DNA of 32,000 nucleotides from Phycisphaera mikurensis NBRC 102666 (lineage in GTDB: Bacteria > Planctomycetota > Phycisphaerae > Phycisphaerales > Phycisphaeraceae). The notes under the pieces were generated by a model. That model searched no databases. It saw only the letters and a list, made by a program, of their open reading frames with translations, and was not told where the DNA came from. The position numbers and the translations under genes are program-made. Numbering within the stretch: position 1 is the stretch's first letter; every line of letters begins with the position of its first letter. The stretch spans positions 3,210,001 through 3,242,000 of the forward strand of contig NC_017080.1 in the NCBI RefSeq assembly GCF_000284115.1, in the 5' to 3' direction. Shown here in pieces: positions 9,763-18,482 of this stretch.

Positions 9763-10929
9763 TCAGGCGTCCTCGCCCGCGAGCAGCCCCGCCCGCCCCG
9801 CGTGCTGGCGGACGAGGCGGTCCCGCAACGCCGCGGCCCCGCCCCCGACACCCGGCCCCAGCCGCGCCGGCAGCGCCGCGAGCAGGCGCAGCATGCCCCC
9901 GAAGTCGCGGAGCGAGATCACCTCCCGCTCGATCGTGCCCGGCCGGGTGTCGCTCATGTTGTGGTAGTTGCCCAGCGGGACGCACACGCACGTCGCCGCG
10001 AGCCCGAAGGCCGCGTACGCCGTGGCCTCGCAGGTCCCGCCGGTCATCAGCTTGCGCTGCCACCGGAACGCGGGAGTCCCACCCGGAACGGGCGCCCCCG
10101 CGAGCTCCGCCGCCGCCGAGGCGACCGCGGCGGTCAGCGCCGGGTCGAAGGTGGACGATCGGTCCCCCACCCGCACGACGGGGCCGGCGCCCAAGGGCGC
10201 CTCGGCCGACGCTTTCGAGCACTCCAGCACGATCACGCGGGCGTCCGGCTCGAGGGTCCCGGCGAGGCAGGCGGCGACGGCCCCGACGAAACCCACCTCC
10301 TCCGCCCGCGTGAGCAGGACCCGCAGCGGCGCCTCGCCCGGATCGATGCTCCTCCGCCGCGCCTGCGCGTCCAGCGTTGCCAGCGCCGCCGCCACGCCCG
10401 CGAGGTCGTCGCAGGCCGGCGCCTGCAGCCGCGACCCGCGGACGCGGGCGGCGGGCAGGTCCCACGCGAGGACGTCCCCGGGCTCGGCCTCCACCGGCCG
10501 GGCGAAGGCGACGGCGAGCACCGGGTCGTCGGCGTCGGGGCCGGACGCCTCCCGGCGGTCCACGCCGACGACGACCCCGCGGCCGCAGCGCCGGCCGCCG
10601 CGCCAGAGCCGCACCGCCGAGCCCCGGAAGTGCGGCTCGGAGACGCCTCCGCGGAAGCGGGCCCGGAGCCGGCGCGGGTCACCCGGATCGATGCCCGCCA
10701 CCACCGCCGCCGGGTGGTCGGTGTGGGCCACGAGCAGCACCGGCGGCCCGCCGCCGGCCTCCTCACGCAGGCGCAGCGTCAGGTTGCCCGCCGCGTCGGC
10801 TGCGAGCAGGATTCGCTTCCGCCGCTTCGCCCATGCCCGCACGGAGGCCAGGACGGCGTCCTCCTCCCCGGCCGCCGTCGGGAGCGACGTCAGCGTCAAC
10901 AGCAGCTTCCGCGTGCGGTCGTCGAGCAT
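9763..10929 (-). CDS. M42/M20-type zinc aminopeptidase-like protein
   Basis: 388 aa; VLLVAHTDHPA, PACDDLAGVAAAL, LTRAEEVGFVGAV, VIVLECS and PLGNYHNMSDT supply the expected H-D / D / EE / E / H metal ligands. Confidence 0.8.
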   Translation of the reverse strand: MLDDRTRKLLLTLTSLPTAAGEEDAVLASVRAWAKRRKRILLAADAAGNLTLRLREEAGGGPPVLLVAHTDHPAAVVAGIDPGDPRRLRARFRGGVSEPHFRGSAVRLWRGGRRCGRGVVVGVDRREASGPDADDPVLAVAFARPVEAEPGDVLAWDLPAARVRGSRLQAPACDDLAGVAAALATLDAQARRRSIDPGEAPLRVLLTRAEEVGFVGAVAACLAGTLEPDARVIVLECSKASAEAPLGAGPVVRVGDRSSTFDPALTAAVASAAAELAGAPVPGGTPAFRWQRKLMTGGTCEATAYAAFGLAATCVCVPLGNYHNMSDTRPGTIEREVISLRDFGGMLRLLAALPARLGPGVGGGAAALRDRLVRQHAGRAGLLAGEDA

Positions 10930-11021
10930 CGGGCGAGCCTAATTCCGCGGACCGCGAGCCCCGCGGGCCCGCGTACGCCTTGGTCCGCGGGCCGCGGCGT
11001 CCGGCGGCTCTACGGTCCGGC

Positions 11022-11882
11022 ATGACCCCGTACTGGAACGCGCTGAAGCAGGCCGTGCTCGACTTCTTCAACGACCGCGGCTTCGTCTGGGCGGCCGCGC
11101 TCGCCTTCTACGCGGCGCTCTCGTTCGCGCCGCTGGTGATGCTCACGCTCTACGCGACGGCGCAGCTGGGCCCGGACGTGCAGGCCCGCGTCGTCGAGCA
11201 GTTCGGCGACCTGCTCGGGGGCGCCGCGGGCGACACGCTCGGCGAGATCATCGACAACGCGGAGAAACGCGAGACCAGCGGCTTCTGGGCGACGATCGTC
11301 TCGGTCGGCGTGCTGATCTTCTCGGCATCGGGGGTGTTCGGGCAGCTGCAGGCGGCGCTCAACGCCATCTGGGACGTGCGGGCGAAGCCCGGCAACAGCA
11401 TCCTCGCCTTCCTCCGCTCGCGGCTGCTCTCGCTGGGGATGATCGGCAGCCTGCTCTTCCTGCTGCTGCTCTCGCTGGGCGCTTCCGCGGTGCTCAACGC
11501 GGTGCTCGGCGGCTTCGGCCTCGCCTGGGTGGTCAACCAGGCGGTCACGCTGGGGGTCTACCTGCTGCTCTTCGCGGCGATGTACAAGCTGCTCCCCGAT
11601 GTGCGGCTGACCTGGCGCGACACGCTGATCAGCGCCGCCGTCACCGCCGTGCTCTTCGCCGTCGGCAAGGCGGGCATCGGCCTCTACCTCGGCCGCGCCG
11701 CGGTGGGCAGCAGCTACGGCGCCGCCGGCTCGCTGATGGCCCTGCTCGTCTGGGTCTACTACGCCTCGGTCGTCGTGCTCTTCGGGGCGGAGCTCTCCCA
11801 GAGCCTCTTCGCGGAGTTCGACAAGCGCATCAAGCCCTCCAAGCACGCGGAGCGGGTGCCCGAGCAGGCTGCGGCGATCTAG
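11022..11882 (+). CDS. YihY/virulence factor BrkB family membrane protein
   Basis: 286 aa from ATG 11022: DRGFVWAAALAFYAALSFAPLVMLTLYA ... IWDVRAKPGN ... YGAAGSLMALLVWVYYASVVVLFGAELSQ, typical of YihY. Confidence 0.92.
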   Translation: MTPYWNALKQAVLDFFNDRGFVWAAALAFYAALSFAPLVMLTLYATAQLGPDVQARVVEQFGDLLGGAAGDTLGEIIDNAEKRETSGFWATIVSVGVLIFSASGVFGQLQAALNAIWDVRAKPGNSILAFLRSRLLSLGMIGSLLFLLLLSLGASAVLNAVLGGFGLAWVVNQAVTLGVYLLLFAAMYKLLPDVRLTWRDTLISAAVTAVLFAVGKAGIGLYLGRAAVGSSYGAAGSLMALLVWVYYASVVVLFGAELSQSLFAEFDKRIKPSKHAERVPEQAAAI

Positions 11883-11980
11883 CGCACCACGCGCAGCGTC
11901 CCGATGGCCTCTGCGGGCTTGCTCCGCCGGTTGAAGAAGCACCGCTCCGGCCCGCGAGCGGGGCAGATCGGCGCGAAGGA

Positions 11981-13264
11981 TCAGGAGCCCCCAGCGGCGA
12001 CGACGCGGCGGAGGCGAGCGATCATCCAGTCGGCGCGGCGGTCCCAGTCGAATGCCTCCTCCGCGGCGCGGCGGAGCCCGGCCTCGCCCGCGCGACGCCG
12101 CAGGCCGGCGTCGGTGGCGAGGGCGCCCATCGCGTCGGCGAAGCCGCGGGCGAGCTCCTCGGAGCTCCCGCCGCCGACCTTGAAGCCCTCGGCTCCGGTG
12201 ACGTACTCCGCCGGCCCGCCCCAATCGGTGACGACGACCGGGAGCCCCAGGGCCATCGCCTCCAGCACCACCGCCCCGCCGCACTCCTGGACGCTGGGCA
12301 GGCAGAAGGCGTCGGCACCACGCATCGTCTCCGCGGCGTCCTCCTGCCGCACGAAGCCGTGCAGGTGGAGGCGATCCGCGGCCGGGGACGACGCCGCGGC
12401 GGCGGCGAGGCGGTCTTCGTCGGTCCCGCGGCCGTAGACGTCCAGCTCCGCCTCGATGCCCCGCTCGGCGAGCAGCTCCATGGCGCGGAAGAGCACGTCG
12501 ACGCTCTTCCAGCGGACGAGCCGGCCCAGGAACGCGAAGCGGATGGGACGCTCGGCGTCGGGCTCGCGGATCGCCTCCGGCTGCCAAAGCTTCAGGTCGA
12601 CGCCGTTCTCGCAGAAGACCTCCACCTCGCCCCGCACCGCGGGCAGCGCGCGGCGGGTCCGCTCGTTCGCGGCGAGCACCAGCGTCGCCCTGCGTTTGCC
12701 GGGCAGAACGCGGTGGAGCAGAGGCGCCACCCGCATCGCCGCCCGCTTCAGCGGCCCCTGGACGCGTGCCTGGACCGCGTCGAATCCGGGCATCGGCTCG
12801 ATCGCACCGTTCAGCGGCCCCACCACCAGCGGCGCCCCCAAGCCCCAGAGCCCGCCGGGCTCGCGCGGGCTCACCGGATTGCACTCGTGGACCACCTGCA
12901 CCCGGTGCTCCGCGACCAACGCACGCGCGGCTCTGCGGAGCCGTCGCAGGAAGAGCACACGGGAGGGCGGGCGGTACAGCAGCCGGCGCAGCGGCGGCGA
13001 CAGGCGGCTGGTCCGGTACCGGTGGGCGAAGGCCCCCCCGATACCGGCGTCGGCGACGAAGTGCAGGCGATCGGCGTGCTCGGGGAACAGCTCCCTCAGC
13101 TCGTCGGCGTAGCGGTCGTGGGCGAGCAACCGCGCGTCGACGCCGCGCTCGAGGTAGCGGCGGAACCACTGGACGGGCAGGAAGGCCTCGCCGCCCGCAC
13201 GCTTGGAAGCGTTCTCGGCCACGACGAGGACGCGGAGCGGATCCTGTTGAGCGACTCCGCTCAT
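11981..13264 (-). CDS. GT4-like glycosyltransferase (group 1)
   Basis: Protein MSGVAQQDPLRVLVVAENASKRAGGEAFLPVQWFRRYLE...RFAFLGRLVRWKSVDVLFRAMELL...ECGGAVVLEAMALGLPVVVTDWGGPAEYV. I verified by reverse-complementing 13021-13150 that it is minus-strand, although the track labels it +. ATG at 13264 overlaps the epimerase stop. Confidence 0.88.
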   Translation of the reverse strand: MSGVAQQDPLRVLVVAENASKRAGGEAFLPVQWFRRYLERGVDARLLAHDRYADELRELFPEHADRLHFVADAGIGGAFAHRYRTSRLSPPLRRLLYRPPSRVLFLRRLRRAARALVAEHRVQVVHECNPVSPREPGGLWGLGAPLVVGPLNGAIEPMPGFDAVQARVQGPLKRAAMRVAPLLHRVLPGKRRATLVLAANERTRRALPAVRGEVEVFCENGVDLKLWQPEAIREPDAERPIRFAFLGRLVRWKSVDVLFRAMELLAERGIEAELDVYGRGTDEDRLAAAAASSPAADRLHLHGFVRQEDAAETMRGADAFCLPSVQECGGAVVLEAMALGLPVVVTDWGGPAEYVTGAEGFKVGGGSSEELARGFADAMGALATDAGLRRRAGEAGLRRAAEEAFDWDRRADWMIARLRRVVAAGGS

Positions 13265-14310
13265 GCCGCATCTCCCGCCGGGGACGCCGGCCGGCGCTCG
13301 TACCATTCCCACAGAGCCGCGAGGCCCTCGGCGACCGGCGTCCTCGGGTCGTAGCCGAGCAGCCGGCGGGCCTTGGAGATGTCGGCGCTGGTCCGTTCCG
13401 GCTCGCTCGCCGGCGCCGGCGGCGTCTCGAGGATCGCCCGCTTGCCCACCAGCTCCTCGATGATCTCGACGAAGTCGGCCATCCGCACCGGCTCGCCGCG
13501 GCCGAGGTTGACGATCTCGTAGCCCAGCGGCGTGTCCATGGCGGCGGACACGCCCGCGGCGATGTCGCCCACGTAGGTCCAGTCGCGCCACAGCTCGCCG
13601 GCCGAGAAGAGCGTGATCGGCTCGCCGCGGAAGACCCGGTCGGTGACCATGAAGGGCATCATGTCGGGCCGGGCCCGCGGGCCGTACACGCTGAAGAACC
13701 GCAGCGCCGTGAAGTTCATCCCGTGCAGGTTCGCGTAGGTGTGGCCCAGCAGCTCCACCGCCTTCTTGCAGGCGGGATATGCCGAGAGCGGCGCGTTGGA
13801 TGGATCGTCCTCGCGGAAGGGCAGCGCCGCCGACTTGCCGTACGCGCTGCTGGTGGAAGCGAAGGCGAAGACGCCGGGGGCTTTGCCGACCGAGCCGGTC
13901 CCGAGCCGGCCGTCGGCCTCCCAGGTGCGCCACGCCGCCTCGAGCAGGTGGACCGAGGCGGTGACGTTGACGTCGGTGTAGAGCGGCGTCCGGCCGATCG
14001 CGTACCGCACGTTCGCCATCGCCGCGAGGTGGGCCACCCGATCGAAGCGGTGCACCTCGAAGAGCTCATCGATGGCCGCCCGGTCGCGGATGTCGGCCTC
14101 GGCGAGGGTGAAGTTGGGGTGGTCCAGGAACCCCGCCACGTTCGCCCGCTTCTGCTGCGGGTCGTAATAGCCGTTGAAGTCGTCGAGCCCGACGACCCGG
14201 TCGCCCCGGGCGAGACGCAGCTCCACGGTGTGGCTACCGATCAGCCCCGCCGCCCCGGTGACGAGGCAGCAGGACTCTTCGGCGGCGGGGTTGGGGTTCT
14301 CCTTGGGCAT
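13261..14310 (-). CDS. NAD-dependent epimerase/dehydratase (extended SDR, UDP-glucuronate 4-epimerase-like)
   Basis: 349 aa; VTGAAGLIGSHTVELRLARGDRVVGLDDFNGYYD, ASTSSAYG, YPACKK, LRFFSVYGPRARPDM, NLGRGEPV. Confidence 0.9.
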   Translation of the reverse strand: MPKENPNPAAEESCCLVTGAAGLIGSHTVELRLARGDRVVGLDDFNGYYDPQQKRANVAGFLDHPNFTLAEADIRDRAAIDELFEVHRFDRVAHLAAMANVRYAIGRTPLYTDVNVTASVHLLEAAWRTWEADGRLGTGSVGKAPGVFAFASTSSAYGKSAALPFREDDPSNAPLSAYPACKKAVELLGHTYANLHGMNFTALRFFSVYGPRARPDMMPFMVTDRVFRGEPITLFSAGELWRDWTYVGDIAAGVSAAMDTPLGYEIVNLGRGEPVRMADFVEIIEELVGKRAILETPPAPASEPERTSADISKARRLLGYDPRTPVAEGLAALWEWYERRPASPAGDAA

Positions 14311-14512
14311 CGTCAGACGCTATCGGCAGATGCGGCGGGCGGGGGTAGAAGCCGGCTCCGATTGCTTCGGCTCGGCGATCGATGCATCGGGAGCTGCCCA
14401 GCCCGTGCGTTGTGGTCCGCTCCACCAGACCCGCGTCACGAGGAGGCGGTGGCGGTGGCGGTAGCCGGGGGCGGAGCGACGGCTCGTGCGGCGAGTTCTG
14501 ATCCCGATTGAG

Positions 14513-17380
14513 TCAGTCAAACGGCACGAAGGAGAAGCCTTGGCGGATGTGGCTGTTGATGCCCGTGGCCGTCCAGCGGCTGTCCCAGGTCCCTCGCGGC
14601 CGCTCGCGAGCCAGCTCAAGGAAGCGATCGAGGCCGCCCCGCTCGTCGTGGCCGCCGAGGTACGACTCCACCCCTGCGCCTTCGTCGGTGAAGGCGGGTC
14701 CGTCGAACGGCCGCGACTCCCCGGAATCGACCACCACGTTCCCGCTGACCTCGGGGGCGTTGATCTCGTCCACGACCTGGATCGCCTCCCAGCGGTCGGA
14801 CATCTTCCACTGGTAGATGATGTTGTCTTTGACGACGGCGCGGAGATCAAAGTTGCCCATCCAATCGTGCCATACGTCCTCCTTCTCCTCGACCCGGATG
14901 GCGGCGAGGTGGGTGCCCGAGCCAACCTTCCGCGCGATGATGTTGTCCCGCACGAGCAGCCGCTCGACCGACTTGGCCTCGATGCCGAGCCCGCGCCCAC
15001 CGTTGGCGGAGGAGTCGATGTCGTCGCTCTCGAGGATCACATTCGCCGCAACCTCCGTTGGCGCATCGCACACCATCAGGGCCAAGGCGTTGCGAGCGAA
15101 AAAGTTGTTGCGGACGTTGCCGCCGGGTCGCACCTGCGCCCCATGCGAGGCGGCGCGGGTGATGATGTTGCCCTCGAGGGTCACCGGCGCGTTGAGCGTG
15201 AAGTAGTTGTAGAGGTTGTGATTGAACATCGTGCGGACAGCGCCTGGCACCTGGGCGTTCCAGCCGTTGTGGTCGAAGACGCTGTCGCGCACGACCAGAC
15301 CCGTCAGCCCGCTGGTGAAGAGGCCCTGCGCGTGGCCTCCGGCCGAGTAGGCGTCGGTGAGGATGCAGCGATTGATGGTGAGGTCGGCAAGGCCGTGCTC
15401 GCCGTCCCGCTGCCGCTGAAGCTCCGCCTGCTTGCCTCGATCGACGTCGTCGAAGGCTTTGAGTTCCATGTTGACCGAGAAGTGCGAGATCTTCAGGTCT
15501 TCGAAGAGGATGTTGCCGCCGGTCTGACGCCAGATGACTCCATAACGAAACTCGCTCGTGTCCTCTCGGCGGAAATCACGGGAGCCGGGGACGCGGGTTT
15601 GGGCCAGCAACTCGAATCCTTGAAACACGACGTGACTCACGCCGTTGCCGGTGTGACTCAAAAGGCCGGTCTCAAGGCCGCACAGAAAGACCGGGCGGTC
15701 GCCCTCGCCGTAGGTCGAAACGATCATCGGCTGCGACTCCGAGCGGCCGGACTTGTCCCAGAAGCCGAAGGGGCCGTCGAAGACGTCGCCGGCGCGGATC
15801 AGCAAGCGGTCGGGGAAGCCGTCGCGGAGCAGGCTCTTGCCGCTCTCGATTCTGGCAAGAGGCCGCTGGGGCGAGAGCCCGTCGTTGCGGTCGCTCCCGG
15901 CGGAGCTGCTGACGTAGACCAGGCGCGCGTCGCGGGCGACCGGGAAGCTCGTGAACCCAGCGTCGCTTCTGCCGGCTCCCGGCCGGGGCGAGGGCCGGCT
16001 GGGCGTCGGCTTGGGCGCGGCGGAGGGCGGCGTCGGCTTGGGCGCGGCGGAGGGCGGCGTGGGGCGGGGCGAGATGGGCTTGGCGGCGTTGACGACGCCG
16101 GGTGCCTTGGGCGCCGGCTTGGCGGCGGGCGCCGGCTCAGGAGCGGGATCGGAAGCGGGCTGGGGGGTCTCGCCGGCGACCGGTGCGGGTGCCGGCTCGG
16201 GCGTCGCGACCGCGAAGCCCGGATCGAGCGCGGGGGCGGGCGTCCCGGGTCCGGCGGAGGCCACCGGGGCGCCCGGGGCTGGCGCGGCGGGAGGCGTCGC
16301 CGCCCCGCCCGGCTGGCGGATCGCGCTGGCGGGCGCGGGACGGGTTGCGGGTTGCGGGCGGTCGGCGCGGGCGACCGCGGGCGGCGCGGCCGCGGCGGCG
16401 GGGGCGGCGGCGGGGGCGGCGGCCGATCCCGCCGCGGACGCGGCGCCGCCGTCCCCTTCCCCGGAAGCGTCGGAGGCGACACGCGGGGTCACGCGGCTGT
16501 CGGCGACACCCGGTGCGCCCAAGGATTCCGAAAGCTCCAGCGGCCGCGGCGCCGGCTCCTCCGCGGCCTCCGCCGCCGGGGTCTCGCCGGCCGGATCCTC
16601 CTCCGCCGCCACCTCCAGCGGGTGGCGTGCGACGCCAAGCACCTCCCCGTCGCGGCGCTGCATCAGCTGCAGCTCCACCACGCCGGGAGCGAGCCGGGCC
16701 AGGCGTTCCCCCTCGATCCACCAGGGCGGGCCATCGAGGACCTGGGCGAAGTCCTCGCGCATCTCCAGGCGCTGCGGGTCCCATGCGACGACGAGCACGT
16801 CCTCGCCGGGCGCGGGGGCGCCAGTCACGACGAGCTCGATCGGCTCGCTGTCGCCCAGCCGGCGTCGCTGCGGCTCCGAGGCCCCGAACGCGGCGGCGAA
16901 GGGGGCAGCGGCCGGAGCGGCCGACGCGGCGGGCGCCAAGCGGAACCCGACCGCCTCCCGCACCGTCTCGCCGGCGGCGGTGCTGGCGCTGGCCCGGAGC
17001 GTGTACGCACCCGGCGACGCACCGGCCGGCGTCCAGGGGCGGCGTGCCTCGGGCGGACCGGTCATCAGCACGGCGACGGAGCCGCCCAGGCCGGTGGCGA
17101 CGGTCTCGCCCGCCGCGTTCTCGAGCACGGCGGCGAGGCCGGTGACGCCCTCCACGCCGCGGACGCCCAGCGGCGTGTGGGCCGCGGCGGCGCCGCCTCC
17201 GGGAACCCCGACGAAGCGGAGCACCGGCGCCACGCTGGAGCCGGCTTCCGCGGAAGCGGGGGCGTCCGCGGGAGCGGCCGGCCCGGCCGCCTGGCCCGCG
17301 GCCAGGCCGGCGAGCGGCAACGACAGGCAGAGCGCGAGGCGGAGGGCGCCAACGGACCGGCGGGTGGGGGCAAGGGGCAT
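14513..17380 (-). CDS. Large secreted protein: Ig-like N-terminal regions, Pro/Ala linker, C-terminal right-handed parallel beta-helix
   Basis: 955 aa from the likely start MPLAPTRRSVGALRLALCLSLPLAGLAAGQ (signal peptide). Low-complexity linker; then VYVSSSAGSDRNDGLSPQRPLARI...LLIRAGDVFDG and repeated LTINRC/LVVRDSVFDHNGWN/VTLEGNIITR beta-helix rungs. The track ORF extends further upstream to 17566. Confidence 0.8.
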   Translation of the reverse strand: MPLAPTRRSVGALRLALCLSLPLAGLAAGQAAGPAAPADAPASAEAGSSVAPVLRFVGVPGGGAAAAHTPLGVRGVEGVTGLAAVLENAAGETVATGLGGSVAVLMTGPPEARRPWTPAGASPGAYTLRASASTAAGETVREAVGFRLAPAASAAPAAAPFAAAFGASEPQRRRLGDSEPIELVVTGAPAPGEDVLVVAWDPQRLEMREDFAQVLDGPPWWIEGERLARLAPGVVELQLMQRRDGEVLGVARHPLEVAAEEDPAGETPAAEAAEEPAPRPLELSESLGAPGVADSRVTPRVASDASGEGDGGAASAAGSAAAPAAAPAAAAAPPAVARADRPQPATRPAPASAIRQPGGAATPPAAPAPGAPVASAGPGTPAPALDPGFAVATPEPAPAPVAGETPQPASDPAPEPAPAAKPAPKAPGVVNAAKPISPRPTPPSAAPKPTPPSAAPKPTPSRPSPRPGAGRSDAGFTSFPVARDARLVYVSSSAGSDRNDGLSPQRPLARIESGKSLLRDGFPDRLLIRAGDVFDGPFGFWDKSGRSESQPMIVSTYGEGDRPVFLCGLETGLLSHTGNGVSHVVFQGFELLAQTRVPGSRDFRREDTSEFRYGVIWRQTGGNILFEDLKISHFSVNMELKAFDDVDRGKQAELQRQRDGEHGLADLTINRCILTDAYSAGGHAQGLFTSGLTGLVVRDSVFDHNGWNAQVPGAVRTMFNHNLYNYFTLNAPVTLEGNIITRAASHGAQVRPGGNVRNNFFARNALALMVCDAPTEVAANVILESDDIDSSANGGRGLGIEAKSVERLLVRDNIIARKVGSGTHLAAIRVEEKEDVWHDWMGNFDLRAVVKDNIIYQWKMSDRWEAIQVVDEINAPEVSGNVVVDSGESRPFDGPAFTDEGAGVESYLGGHDERGGLDRFLELARERPRGTWDSRWTATGINSHIRQGFSFVPFD
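16005..16058 (-). repeat. 27-nt tandem duplication in the linker (two perfect copies)
   Basis: gtcggcttgggcgcggcggagggcggc x2 on +; encodes (PTPPSAAPK)x2 on the minus strand. Confidence 0.9.
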
Positions 17381-17609
17381 GGGGGCTCTCGGGGGCAAGG
17401 GCTCCCGTGTCTTCGGCCTCTTGACGACCCGCGTTGAGCGGGGAGCCCTCAGGATTTCCCGGATCCCCGCACGCGGGCAGCAGAACCCGCGGGCGGGTGC
17501 TTGCCGGCTCCAAGAGCGTCCCGCCAGGGTTCGGGCCGCCCCCGGCGTCCGGCGTACGCGATCCACCCCGGACGCGCGGCCCCGCCGCTCGCGAGCCCTC
17601 AGCGCCCGC

Positions 17610-18473
17610 TCAGAGGAACTGCCAGTCTCCGCTCCACCACGTCCACCCCCAAAGGCCCGCGTTGACGAGCCCGTGGCTCCAGATCACCGGACCCAGGCCC
17701 GCCCGCCGGTCCTCCGGGAGCGAGGGCCGATTGGTGTACGCGATCATCGCGCACCACACGAAGCCGCAGGCGAAGCAGCCCGCCCAGTCGCGGACGCCGT
17801 GGGAAGCCGCGAACACGACCGTCGACGCGAACGCGGAGAACAGCGTCACGGCGCCCAGCGACGTCTCGATCAGCTGCTTGGTGAGGGCCGGCGGCTCCTT
17901 CTGCGCGGCCTCGACCGACGGCCGCTCGGCGATGGCGTCGCCGAGGCCGGGCATGTCGCCGGCGAACTGCAGCAAGCCCGTGCGGGTGCCCCGCCAGCGG
18001 TGCACCGCCCGGAGCACCGCCGAGCGGACGAACAGCTCCTCGAACAGCGGCACGACCAGCGACATCCCCAGCCCGCGGGCGACGAAGGCGGCGCCGAAGG
18101 CGAGCGTGGAACCGGCCGCCAGCGGGCCGAAGACGTCCGCGTCGGCCAGCGCCACCCGCGCATCCTCCACGCCCATCAGGCGGTTGTAGCCGTGGCCCAG
18201 CAGCAGCCACGCCGCCAGCAACAGCCCCGCCGAGGGCAGCACCGTCCAGTGGAAGCGGAGGTTCAACTCCGGCGTGAGGGCGCGGTAGCGCCAAAGCAGG
18301 AACACGATGACGCCGCAGATCAGCGCGTACAGCGGCAGGTAGGCGTACGCCCCCAGCCGCCCCTCCGGCGTCAGCGCCCCGCTCACCGCGAGCCCCAGGA
18401 TGTAGACGAAGAACGGCGTCACCCGCGGGTGCCACGGGCTCGCCGCCATCCACTTGTCGAGGCGGACGAGCAC
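17610..18473 (-). CDS. CPBP/CAAX-protease-like intramembrane endopeptidase
   Basis: 287 aa multi-TM; VVPLFEELFVRSAVLRAV (EExxxR), FAASHG (FxxxH) and HGLVNAGLW motifs. Reminiscent of the EPS/PEP-CTERM-associated 'CAAX prenyl protease-related' subfamily; subfamily assignment is inference. Confidence 0.85.
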   Translation of the reverse strand: MLVRLDKWMAASPWHPRVTPFFVYILGLAVSGALTPEGRLGAYAYLPLYALICGVIVFLLWRYRALTPELNLRFHWTVLPSAGLLLAAWLLLGHGYNRLMGVEDARVALADADVFGPLAAGSTLAFGAAFVARGLGMSLVVPLFEELFVRSAVLRAVHRWRGTRTGLLQFAGDMPGLGDAIAERPSVEAAQKEPPALTKQLIETSLGAVTLFSAFASTVVFAASHGVRDWAGCFACGFVWCAMIAYTNRPSLPEDRRAGLGPVIWSHGLVNAGLWGWTWWSGDWQFL

Positions 18474-18482
18474 GCTGGAACA

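Noticed and set aside
11010-13271. 753-aa minus ORF
   Set aside because: Covers the YihY gene antisense and the glycosyltransferase in the wrong frame; no recognisable domain.
14311-14512. Small ORFs between the epimerase and the beta-helix gene
   Set aside because: No family signature; fragments are low-complexity or continuations of shadow frames.
16005-16058. 27-nt tandem repeat as a regulatory iteron or CRISPR repeat
   Set aside because: In-frame duplication coding PTPPSAAPK within a Pro/Ala linker; explained by replication slippage.
14486-17437. 983-aa + strand ORF
   Set aside because: Antisense to the beta-helix/linker protein; composition is that of a shadow ORF.
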